The position numbers and the translations under genes are program-made. From the NCBI GenBank assembly GCA_051294375.1, contig CM119264.1, positions 4,179,392 to 4,243,391 on the forward strand: 64,000 bases of DNA, written 5' to 3'. Shown piece by piece: positions 52,674 to 64,000 of this stretch. The stretch's first letter is position 1, and each line of letters opens with the position of its first letter. The stretch comes from Paraspadella gotoi (taxonomy: Eukaryota > Animalia > Chaetognatha). The notes beneath the pieces are model-generated. The model did no database searches. It saw only the letters and a program-made list of their open reading frames with translations, and was not told the origin of the DNA.

Positions 52674-53231
52674 AATGCCATTAAAAAGTGTTACATCATG
52701 ATTTTTTATTCCGTCCGGATGTTCAGTCGCATCGGACAATCTACTTCAACAGGCAACAAGCAAGTCATCAATCGCCAAGCAAGCAGATTGCTTGAACACC
52801 TCTTTTATTCTCACCGTCCGGCCAGAGTCTCTTGACGCCTCGTGCCTTCCAGGTTCAGGTGCAAGGATGGAAACGAAGCGTCATTTCCTCTGTCATTTTC
52901 ATCGCCTCTGTCATCACTTTTGTCACCGAGAACGATGATATCGTCATCATATTTGGGGTCAGCGTTACCATTATCATATGGATCATTGTTATTATCGGTA
53001 TCAGCGTTATCATTATTACCCTCAACGTCGCCTTTTTTGTTGTCATCACATCAAAATATTTATAATCATAGACTTTGTCCTGATCATTGTCATCATCTTC
53101 ATCAATATAATCAATTCCATCGTCGTGATTGTCAGCGACATCTTTCGAGATTTTCTCATTTGCGGGGGAAAAAAAGGCGACGCGTGGAGGACGATGTCGA
53201 GAAAAAGGGACAGAAGCGAGAAATCAGGAGG

Positions 53232-53490
53232 TGACGTCACAGTGAAATGAAATCAATGAAGTCACTGGAAATGACGTCACTGGAAATGACGTCACTGCGA
53301 ATGACGTTATTGAAAATATTGACACTGGATGTAAAAGTATAGAAAATGAAGTCACTAGAAATGAAATTGAAATTGAAGTCACCAAAATGAGATCATCGGA
53401 AATACCCTCACCAGAAATGACGTCTCCAGAAATAACATCACAAAAAAATGACGTCTCCAAAATTGAGATCATCAAAATGTCGTCACTCGA
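53232..53490. repeat. 15-bp tandem repeat GAAATGACGTCACTG containing CRE palindromes
   Basis: TGACGTCA at 53232, 53272, 53287, with TGAAGTCA and TGACGTCT variants. Confidence 0.85.
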
Positions 53491-53685
53491 AAGGATAACA
53501 AAGTAAATGAGTTTGATATTGGATTAACTTTTACTTGAGCTCAAAACGAAAAAGTCTTCTGCTCATAAAGAGACGTTGAGCTTTGGCTTCGACATGACTG
53601 GATCATCTGAGAAAAGAAAATAACAAAGAATGAAAGAGCGTTGATGGGCAAAAACACAGGAAATTCTGGAAATTAAAGCCTCTGT

Positions 53686-53724
<39 letters not shown>

Positions 53725-55157
53725 GCTCTCTCTCACCAACTCTCATCTCTCTGTCCTCTCTCTCTCTTCTGTTTTTCACTCTCATCCTAAACACTTTTTT
53801 CTGTTCACCGGGCCATCAGGGTATGGATGGCATATAACGGACATAGCAAGCATTACGCTTCTCTCTCACTCTCAACTCTCTCGCTCTTCTCTGTCCTCGT
53901 CTCGTCTCTCTCTCGTCTCCGTCCTCTCTCGTCTCCTTCTCTCTCTTCTCTCTTCTTTTCGTCGATCTCGTGTTTCATCCTCTCTCTCTCGCTATTTCTC
54001 TCTCTCTGCTCTCTCTCGTGTCGTCTCTCTCTCTAACTCTCTCTCTTCTCTCGTCTCTCCTCTCTCTCTTCTCTCTCTCCCCCGCTGCTGAAGGTGGACA
54101 CCACTTAAATATCGCTCGGCAGTAAGTCATTGAGCAGCCAGAGGGGATGAGGAGGCCGCTGGCCCCGTGCTCGCGCTGCGCCGCGACTGCGAGTAAGCAC
54201 GCTATTCGCTCGCAACTGACGTCGCTTTCGCGGCTTCCCAACCCGCCTTTCCTTGCCTGCCCTCTGACCTCTGGTTCCCTAGGTGATTTTCAACGCGTAC
54301 ACCACTGCGCAACAAAAAACGTCTGCGTTCGTAATCATCTGCCATGTTCACAAGTGAGCGGACGGAACAGACGGCAGCTGCTTCTGAAATGGTCCAGTCC
54401 TCTGATTGGGGTGTTATCGCGTAGAACTTCACTGAGAAAAACACTCTCTCTCTTGTCTCTCCTCTACTCTTCCGCTCCCGAGTCTCGGTCGGGTCGAGAC
54501 TCTGATCTCTGTTGGCATCCTCTCTCTGCTCTTCTGCTCTCTCTCCTACTCGTCTCTCGTCTCCCTCCTCTCTCATCTCTCCTCTCCGCCCCTCCTCCTC
54601 TTCTCCCTCCTCGCTTCTTCTCCTCTCTACGAGCCTGCGCCTCGCCTCTTTCTCCTCGCGCAGCAGCGCCAGCCGGAGTCCCGTCGCCCTCCATACCACA
54701 GACAAAGCGGCCACCCGAGTGAAAAACACCCCCCCCGACTCTCCAAAGCGGAAAAAACACCCGCCGCAACCGATGCCACATCGCGGTCCGCCGGCTCCGC
54801 AGGCGGTGTCCGGATGCACACGCGGCGGGGGAGAGGGGGCCGTCGAGCCGCACTCACGGGGGGCGCGTGAAAGTGAGCCCATGCGGACGTGAATAAGCAA
54901 GCACCTAACGAGCGGGGTGTGCCGCCCTGGTTATGGCATATGTTATCGAACAGTATCATCGCACACAAACGCACAACTCGCACGGCGGCCCGAATTCGCC
55001 AGTCGGCGCACATAACGCACATCAGCCCCCCAACCGTCTTCGCCAGGCGTCGGGAGACACGCAAGCTGTCGGACATTGCCCCTTCACCCCACCCTAACAC
55101 TTGATGAACGCAATTCCGCGCGCGCGGCTCTGCGCCGCGATCACGCCTCGTCCTCAC

Positions 55158-56131
55158 CTTAAATCAGCTTGATCGAGAAATATACCAGTTTAGTAATTTA
55201 ATAAGTAGTGTTCAATTTGTTAAAATGAAAGATTTTTCGTAGAACTTTGAGTTCGTATGCTGTAATTTGTTTTGGATGCGTTCTGCAAGTGTTGTGTTGG
55301 TCAATGCGATTTGTTAAAGAGACATGTAATAATGGCTTATATAAAGTAAATGTATCAGTATTATTTTTTGTATACATCGGTGGTATTGATTTTTGATGAA
55401 TTGGTGGTTTTACTGCACTTCATCCATTGGATGGTGAATTGTATGTTGGTAGGTCGGTGGATGTAGGTGGGGCGTGTGGGGTTTCAGTGATATACTACCA
55501 TTCTGTTATTCTGATTTGAATTATAAAAAAATTAATTCGTCGTTGCTCTGTGATACTAAGTTATTTCGGGGCTGTCGTTACTGAACTGCTTTTTAATATA
55601 CTTAAGGATAGAAAAAATGACATAAATAAATTTGGAAAAAAAAATAAACTCGCGCGGGGCGCAATTTTAGTATTGAAGCGGGGTGAGAGAAAGAGATATG
55701 TGGAAGGGAGAAAATTGAAAAGGGGGAGATGGAAGGAGGAAGTTGAAACGAAGGGGAACAATGAAGGGGAAGAAAGAGAAGTAGGAATGAAATGGATAAG
55801 ATGAAAGATAGCAAGCGGAAAATACAGTGAGATTACACTGCTATACGAGTTATGAATACCTGGACGGAGGGATGGAAAGGTAAGGAAATGGATGAAACTG
55901 GAAGAGAAGAGCAAGCTAAAGGAAGGGGGTGTGGTTGGATGAGTATACTCTTAGAGAAAAAACAACCCATCTCTGTTTTCAAAAACAGAAGAGGGGGACA
56001 ATATTGGGGAAGCGCGGCCGGAAACGTTCATCAGATGACTCGCGAGTAGAGAGGAAGAGAGAGAGAGAGGATGAGATAGAGGAGTGTTTACGAGAGAGAG
56101 GGAGAGATTAGAGAGAGAGATAGAGGAGAAG

Positions 56132-56180
<49 letters not shown>

Positions 56181-57959
56181 GGAGTAGAGAGAGCAGAGGA
56201 GAAAATAGGGCTCGGGTTTGTGAATGACNNNNNNNNNNNNNNNNNNNNNNNNNGAAAAGAATGCGCGGGAATGAAGTGGGATAGAATGAAGTTGCAGCGT
56301 CGGAGAATGAAGTGGGAATGCCTTAATAAATTAGATGAGAATGCGCGGTTGCCGGATAGCCTGTCCTACTTAAAAGCTTGATCGAAAATATACCAGTTTA
56401 TAAATTTAATAGTAAGTCAATTTAGATTTTTCGAGAACTTTGAGTTTGTATCGAAGGAGGCACAAGTTTGGCAATGCGATTTTAAAGTAGTACTTTGTAC
56501 GGGTAGATTTTTGAGTGTTTTACCACTCACCATGATGGAGGTGGAGCCGTGGAGAGGTGGGGCGTGGGGCAGATAACCCGATCGATGAAAAAAAAAATAA
56601 CCCCGGAACAATCGCGACGTAACGAACCTTTTAATATATAAGAATAAAAAAATGAATAAATAAATTGGAAAAAAAAAATAAACCTCCGCGGGGCGAATTA
56701 TAATGAAGCGGGGAAGAAGAGGATGTGGAAGGGAGAAATTGAAAAGGGGGAGATGGAAGGAGGGAAGTGAAACGAGGGGAAGGGGGAAAAGAGAAGAGGG
56801 AATGAAAATGGAAGATGAGAGATAAAGGGAAAATAAGGAGATTAATATAAGTTATACTGGAGGGAAGGGATGGAAAGAGAAGGAAAGGATGAACTGAAGG
56901 AAGAGCACAAAGGAAGGGGGTGTGGTGGAGATATATCTTCAGAGAAAACAACCCACTCTGTTCAACAGAAGAGGGGGATGGGGAAGGTCTCTCTCCGTCT
57001 CTCTCCTCTCTCTCTCTCATCTCCCTCTCTCTCTCTCTCTCTCTCTCTCATCTATCTCTCTCTCTCTCTCAATTCTACTCTCTCTCTCTTCTTCTCTCTC
57101 TCTCTCTCTCTCTCTCTTCTCCTACTCCTCATCCTCTCTCCCTCCTTCCCTCCTCTCCTTTCTCTTCTTCTTCTCTCTCTTCCTTGCTCTCCCTCCTCTT
57201 TCTCTCTCTCCTTCTCTCGTCGCAGAGTNNNNNNNNNNNNNNNNNNNNNNNNNCTCTTAAAAGCTTTGATCGGAAAAATATACCAGTTTATAAAATTTTA
57301 ATAGGTAAGTCAATTTAGATTTTTCGAGAACCCGTTTGAGTTTGTATCGAAGGGAGGCACAAGTTTTGGGCAATGCGATTTTAAAAGAGTACTTTGTACG
57401 GGTAGATTTTTGAGTTTTTACCACTCACCATGATGGAGGTGGAGCCGTGGAGAAAAAGGGGGGGGGGGGGGGGCCCGGGTGGGGGGCGGCGCCCCCCCTA
57501 CAGGCCCAGATAACCCGATCGAAGAAAAAAAAAATAACCCGGAACAATCGCGACGTAACGAACCTTTAATATATAAGTAATAAAAAAAATGAACTAAAAT
57601 AAATTGGAAAAAAAAAAATAAACCTCCGCGGGGCGAATTATAATGAAGCGGGAAGAAAGGAGATGTGGAAGCGGAGAAATTTGAAAGGGGAGATGGAAGG
57701 AGGGAAGTTAAACGAGGGGAAGGGAAAAAGAGAAGAGGAAGAAATGGAAGATGAGAGATAAGGAAAATAAGGAGATTAAATAAGTTATTACTAGGAGGGG
57801 AAGGGATTGGAAAGAGAAGGAAAGGATGAACTTGAAGGGAAGCAGCACAAAATGAAGGGGGTGTGGTTGGAAGAATTATATTCTTCAGAGAAAACAACCC
57901 ACTCTGTATTCAAAGAAGAGGGGGATGGGGAAGGCGCGGCCGGAAACTCATCAGGACTC

Positions 57960-57964
<5 letters not shown>
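55158..57964 (+). repeat. Three direct indel-rich copies of one ~0.6-0.9-kb segment (55158-56048, 56368-56987, 57256-57964) separated by 25-N gaps
   Basis: Each begins CTTAAA..GCTT(T)GATCG..AAATATACCAGTTTA and contains AATAAATTTGGAAAAAAAAATAAAC-like and AGAAAA(AA)CAACCCA anchors. Confidence 0.93.
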
Positions 57965-57995
<31 letters not shown>

Positions 57996-58290
57996 AGAGA
58001 AGAGAGATGAGAGAGAGGAGAGAGATGAGAGGAGAGAGAGAGAGAAAGAGAGAGAGAAGGGAGAGGAGAGAAGAGGAGAGAGATCATAATACCTCAAGCC
58101 CGCCGCTCCTCCGAACGCAGCCGATAGACCGGAGCGAGCCGTGCGCGCGGCTTCCGATCGACCTGCACTTTCTCCTTCCGGCTTCTTCCGCTCGGATCGG
58201 GGGAGATTTCTCTCTCTTTTACTGATGAGTGAGTCAGGCTTCTTCCGGTCGAAGTCCGAGCGATCGGGGCCGGATATCTCTCTTCTCTCT

Positions 58291-58322
<32 letters not shown>

Positions 58323-58854
58323 ACTCTATCTCTCTCTCTTCTTTCTTCTCTACTCTCTCTCCCTCTCTCTCTCTTACCCTCTCTCCTTCTCTCTCTCTCT
58401 CGCGAGGTTCTTGATGATTTTTCGCCGACGCCGGAGAGAGAGAGAGAGAGAAAATGCATCGCGAATACGTAATTGATAAATGTAGTGAAATCGCATATTG
58501 ATTCAGTTTTCAATACTCGGACGACGACGGAAACGACAACGACGACAACTGAGAAGACGACGACGACGACGACAACGACGTCGGTTTCGTCGGCCTCTTT
58601 TATTGTTCCTCTTGTTTTGCGTTTATCGCCGATAAAAAAACGAGGTAAAGCGAATTCTGAGCGCGGGGAGAAATGGGAAAGAGTTATTTCCTTTTTTTTC
58701 GAGTTTGAGATGCTGCACAAAGACGACAACAACGAAAAGGGAGAATCGGGCGAAACAAGCAAAACAGTTTTGGATGAGAAGAAAAAACAAGAGAAGCGGA
58801 GAATTTAGGGTAAGTGCGGGGAAGGTTCTTTGGAACATTCTGGAAGATGGGTGG

Positions 58855-58892
<38 letters not shown>

Positions 58893-60731
58893 TTGTTTTG
58901 AGTTGAGGTTGTGACTTGCGTGTCCGATGTTTTGATGCGTGGGTCGCCGAGACAATTGGGTCATAGGAGCAAAGGGCAAAGGAGCAGCGAGTCAGACTTG
59001 CTGGAGCAAAGGTCAGGGAGAAAATAGGAGGAGGGAGGAGCTAAGGAGGAGAGAGGAGCAAAGGTCCGGATATAGATGAGAAATAAGAGATACAGAGACA
59101 GAAAGGAGATTAATACTGTCTGGTAGACAATGGGACTCATCCTGCAAATAAAAAACAAAATAAAACAAAAACAAAATAACGAAAAACCGAAATGTATAAA
59201 ATCAGATATCACTAACAGTAACTAATCATAAATAACCCCAAAACAAATTATCCCCTCCACCCCCATCTGTTCAGACTCTTTCAATGAATTACTTTCTCCC
59301 AAGAATGAAGTCCGACATCTTAAGAGTAAACTTAGCCAGAAAGTAATTTTCTTACTTTGTGTTGACTGCTCCCTCTATTTCCAGAAGACAACACTAACAT
59401 CCCTCTCCCAATTACATTATTTAAAATGAAATAAATAAAATGAATAGTAATCAAATGATTCAAATCTAATACTTATGTAAAATGATAAATAATAAATGAT
59501 ATCAAAAACTTTTGTATTGATAAATGATAAATGATAAATGTAAAATGATATCATAAACTTTTATATCCATTTTAAAATCTTGTCTAATGTCTAATGTCTA
59601 ATTTAGTCAAATATAGTAAAGCAATTTATCTTTCAATTTTTCATACATGGAACGAAGAAAATCTGCTTACACGAGACTCCTTTATTAGTCCACTGTTAAT
59701 CAGAATCCAATAGCCAATCATTGATACACATTCCGACGATGCCAAGCTTGGTCGTTCCACTAGAAAAGAAAGACTGACTCACATTGGCCGAGTTGGAAAT
59801 TAAAAATTGATGGGAATAAATGGAGAGAGAGAGAAAAAAAGGAGGAATGAGGGGAAAGTGGAGACTCGGCCCGACCCGGGGGCGGAGGAAGGGGGGAGCG
59901 ATAGTCTGGCCAGGGGTTGGAGGGGAGGTGGGGGGAGTCCGAAGATGGCGGTGGTGGGAGTGTCAGGGTGGTGAAGATGCTGGTGGTGGTGGTGGTAGTG
60001 GCGGAAGAGACTGATCCGGCGGTGGCTGCTTTGTAAAAAAACGTCCGCTTCTGTCAACACAACAGTTGTTGTTTTCCAGATTCTTGATTAACGTTGAAGA
60101 AATAAATAATTATTTTCTCTTTTGCTGAGGGAATAGAAAGCATACATACGGATTGCGTCGTACAATGAAAAGCTAAACTAAGAATGAGAACATGTTGAGA
60201 AAGCGCGGAAATATTTCGGACGAGAGAGGACTGTGGAAACACTCTTGGGAAAGGTTTTTTAGATCTTTTGTTATGTTCCGTGATCGTTACAACCAATATA
60301 GAAACGATCCTTTTATTTAATATATAAACGAGCTATCTTGACTCCAGACTTTAAACCGCTATCTCTTTGGTTATAAAGTCTTAAGAACAAAACATGGCTC
60401 CTCAGGACAAGAAAAGAAAAAGGTCAGAGTGACATGAGCAGGACAAAGATTGCAAGAGAACAGAGGAGGGATAAGCACTGAGTCTGAAGCGGCTTTGGGT
60501 ACAGCGAAGGTGGAACCGAGCGAAGGACTAACGTACGGACTAGCGAAGGGACAAAGGGACTCTCTGTTTCGAGCAAACAGCGGATCAAACAATATAAAAT
60601 AAAGCAAGAGAGAGTTTTCTCGGGAAATAATGAAAGTTGAAAGTTGGATAAGAAAAACATAAAGTTGCTGACATGGAGAGGAAGAGAGAGAGAGAGAGAG
60701 GAAGAGAGAGAAGATGAGAGAGAGAGAGAGA

Positions 60732-60773
<42 letters not shown>

Positions 60774-60994
60774 GAATTAAAATGACTCTTTTTTTTTAAA
60801 CATATATGTAAGGTGAATATTAAGCTTACGACCGATACCAAGAGAGATATTGCAATAAAAAAAGTAAAAAAACTTGAAAGGACCGCCAAAAATAGGAAAT
60901 ATGAAAACGCAGCAAAACATGACATAAACAAAGTTTCCAGCTGGAGCGCCCACCCTTCAGACACGGGATTAATAATGGAGGGAAGAAGCCGTGT

Positions 60995-61173
<179 letters not shown>

Positions 61174-61314
61174 TTGTTTCAAGAAGGTCCACGACGGATT
61201 GCGATTGGCTAAATAGATTTTTTTCTTTCTTCGCTTGGGTGACGGTTATTCCATTTTCGCCAAAGTGGGTCCAACCTTGGAATTGGAGATGGAAAGGGGA
61301 AAAAAGGGGCCGAC

Positions 61315-61645
61315 GGGAATCGGGGATAAAATCGATGGAATCGGGGATAAAATCGATGGAATCTGGAATAAATTCAAAGAAATAGGGGATAAAATCAAAG
61401 GAATAGGGGTAGTGTGAAAGCGAATATAATTGATTGAATCGAATATGGAATCGGGGATAAAATTACAGGAATAGGGCATGGAATCGGGGATAAATTCGAT
61501 AGAATTGGGGAAAGGGGGAATCGTTTAAATCGCAGATAATGCAAATCGGGGACTACACTATGGAACTGGAAAATAAAAACTGATGGAATAAGGGATTTAA
61601 AATTTATGGAATCGGGGATAAAATCTATGGAATCGTGGATAAAAT
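61315..61645. repeat. 21-bp tandem repeat GGAATCGGGGATAAAATCGAT, degenerating rightwards
   Basis: Exact copies at 61316 and 61337, variants downstream. Confidence 0.9.
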
Positions 61646-64000
61646 TGAAAACAAAATGGATGGAATCGTGGAAGGCGGGACAGGCCCGGATAAGAGGGAT
61701 AAAATAGTGGACGTAATAAGGAGAGAATTGGGTCACTGAGTCGGCGGGAGGGGAAACTTGGTCAACATCATGCAACCATCAACATTTAGAAACATTAAAG
61801 GAAAAAAAAAAACAATAAAACGATAAAAATAAATAGGAAATTGGAAGTTTGAAAGAGAAAAAACAAAAACAAAAAAATAAAAATAAAAAGGGCATTAACG
61901 CTTTCTCCTTTTTTTCTCCCTTTTCTTCTTTTCCTTTCTCTCTCTCTCTCTTTATTACGCGTTCCAAAAGCGGTGGCCGGCGGCGGCGGCGGCGGCGGCG
62001 TGCGGCGGCAGCGGCGTGCGGCCGGCGGGCTCCTGCCATTTCGCACCAGAGCACTTTGGCATTTGAACCTCATTCGCTTTTCCCGGAAATCGAGTGTAGG
62101 AGCAGAGGATGAGAGGAGCTTATGCAATAGACGGAGAGACAAGGAATGATAGGAGCCAAACGACGACGGGTCAGAGCGGACGAATTGAGCAATGAAAAAT
62201 GATAGGAGCTGATGAATAGGGGAAGTGATGAACGATGGAATGAGAGCGAAAAAGGGAATGACGGAAGTCGATGATAGATGTTGTGATAGAGACGAGGAGA
62301 GATGTGTGCAGTAGTGAGGAAAGAGAAGCACTGATGTATCGAGGAACGATAGCTCCTGCAGGAGCGAGTGTTGCTCGCTTCTTTATTACAATCGTTTATT
62401 TTCAAAATCGTAAATATTGAATTAAAATTGTTCAATTGTTCACCGATATTTTTGATTGATTTTTTTTTTTCGAAACTCAATTCCCACACATTTTTTTTTT
62501 TTGCCTTTTATTCGGTTAGATATTCGTCTAATTCCTTCTCGCTCCTTCTAATCCTTTGGCGGAAAAAAGGCAGAAAAAAAGGGACGGAGCAAACAACAAG
62601 AGTGAGATGAGTGAAAGAAGACTTGATAGAGATGACGAGTATGGGAGCAGAGAGGAGAGAGAGATGATGGAGAGAGAGAGAGAGTGAGAGGATGAGAGAG
62701 TGACGAGAGAGAGAGAGAGAGATGGGGGGAGAGAGAGAGAGAGAGGAGAGAGATTGGGTTGGCAGAGCAATTAGGCTTTAGAATTAATTTTTGCGTCTGG
62801 CTCTGAGCGTGCGAGAGCCGTAGATGTTAGTAGGCGACACCTTTGCAAGCAACCGCTAGATCCGAAGAGATGAGAGGGAGAGAGAGAGAGAGACGGGAGA
62901 GAATTTAAAACCTCCCCAGAATCCCGTGGCTTTAAACAAGGAAAATTCGGTTGGAAAACGCGTTTCTGAATTTTTTTTCTTTTTTTTTTTCATTTCGTTT
63001 TGAGTTGAGGATGAAAAAGGTTGACTTTTCGAAATGAGAATTTGAAGAAAGAGACCAAAAGAGATGAGATCGCAAAGTAAAGTGAAGATGATTAATACGA
63101 TGTCGTCTCCTAAGATGCCCGAGGCGGCGGGGAATTCACTCATCGGCTTTTTGGACCTCAGTGACCGCCTTCGCTAAGATATTCGGAGAATTAACTCGAG
63201 ACTCGGAGGCTGACGGAGTGAAGCGGTAAAAAGATTTTCGGGTCATGCCGCCACAAAAATCTTATAATTTTAAAAAGAGATTAAAAATCGTCGAGACAAG
63301 ATCATGGAAAGCTTGTCATAGCACCTCAAAAAAAAAGAAAAAAAGAAAAGCTCAAAATAATTAGATCTTGAGAAAGTTTAAATAAAAAGTTTTATTATAA
63401 AGTTAAGACGACCATGTTGAAGGAAAATGTTTTTGACCTAAAAACAAAAACAAACAAAAAATCTCAGTTTTCCGATTCTTCTTTTTTTCTTTTTTCTTTC
63501 TTCTTTTTTTTTCTTTCTTTCTTTCCTTTCCTTCTTTTTTTTCTCTTTCTTTTTTTTGGCTCCAGAAAGATTTTTTTTTCCTTTGGGTAACGAAATCCGA
63601 AATGGCGATACACAGAAGGGCATCGACAGGCTCTGACTCTGGCCGTGTTTTGTTTACATCCGGGACTTGTTTGTTTATTTCAAATTACTTTCTTGGCTGG
63701 TAATGAAACTTGGTTTATATCCGGGTTTATTTACTGAATTCTGTTTCAACTACAATTTCATTACATTTCATTCATTCATTCATTTCATTCATTTCATTCA
63801 ATTCATTCTTGTAGATTTCACTTTTTATTTCTAGTTTTTTCTCTAAATTCAAGAACATCCGGGTATCACGTTTATTTCATCTCCATCCGAATTTTTTTAC
63901 AACCACAAAAGGTGAAGCATGAAAAAGAATCCTTACGTCTTCGACCTGGAGAGCAGATTTAGCGACGCACAGCAACCGACACGGTGACGAAAGTTGTGAG

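Noticed and set aside
54080-55157. GC-rich region with 176-232-aa ORFs
   Set aside because: ORFs overlap on both strands, cross CT tracts and show no domain; likely noisy fill or non-coding GC-rich sequence.

Overview
Eukaryotic (probably invertebrate; taxon is a guess) genomic DNA from a gap-filled draft assembly. It is dominated by microsatellites ((GA/CT)n, (GAC)n, (GAT)n, (TAA)n, (AAAAG)n), minisatellites and N gaps. Nearly all ORFs in the supplied track are microsatellite read-through or span Ns and are not genes. Nine gaps are exactly 25 N. Several are flanked by indel-rich inverted or tandem copies of neighbouring sequence (9975-13291, 15624-24075, 30430-34440, 55158-57964), the expected footprint of gap filling with uncorrected long reads. 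Signals recovered by hand: a Ty3/gypsy pol fragment (1-394, minus); a degenerate non-LTR RT-like segment inside a (CT)n tract (32983-33705); a foldback/MITE-like element with ~170-bp terminal inverted repeats inside (TAA)n (20473-21115); a Penelope-type minimal hammerhead ribozyme core (15400-15445); frameshifted Ig-superfamily exons on both strands (41.3-44.5 kb minus, 47.8-48.6 kb plus); a FLYWCH/MULE-like fragment; and several cis-motif clusters (paired RFX X-boxes, CCAAT, E-box, DR1, CRE). I cannot support a confirmed new biological system. The best leads are the two microsatellite-embedded insertions seen as filled/empty pairs and the loop-shortened RT. All protein calls are manual reconstructions across frameshifts; no database search was run.
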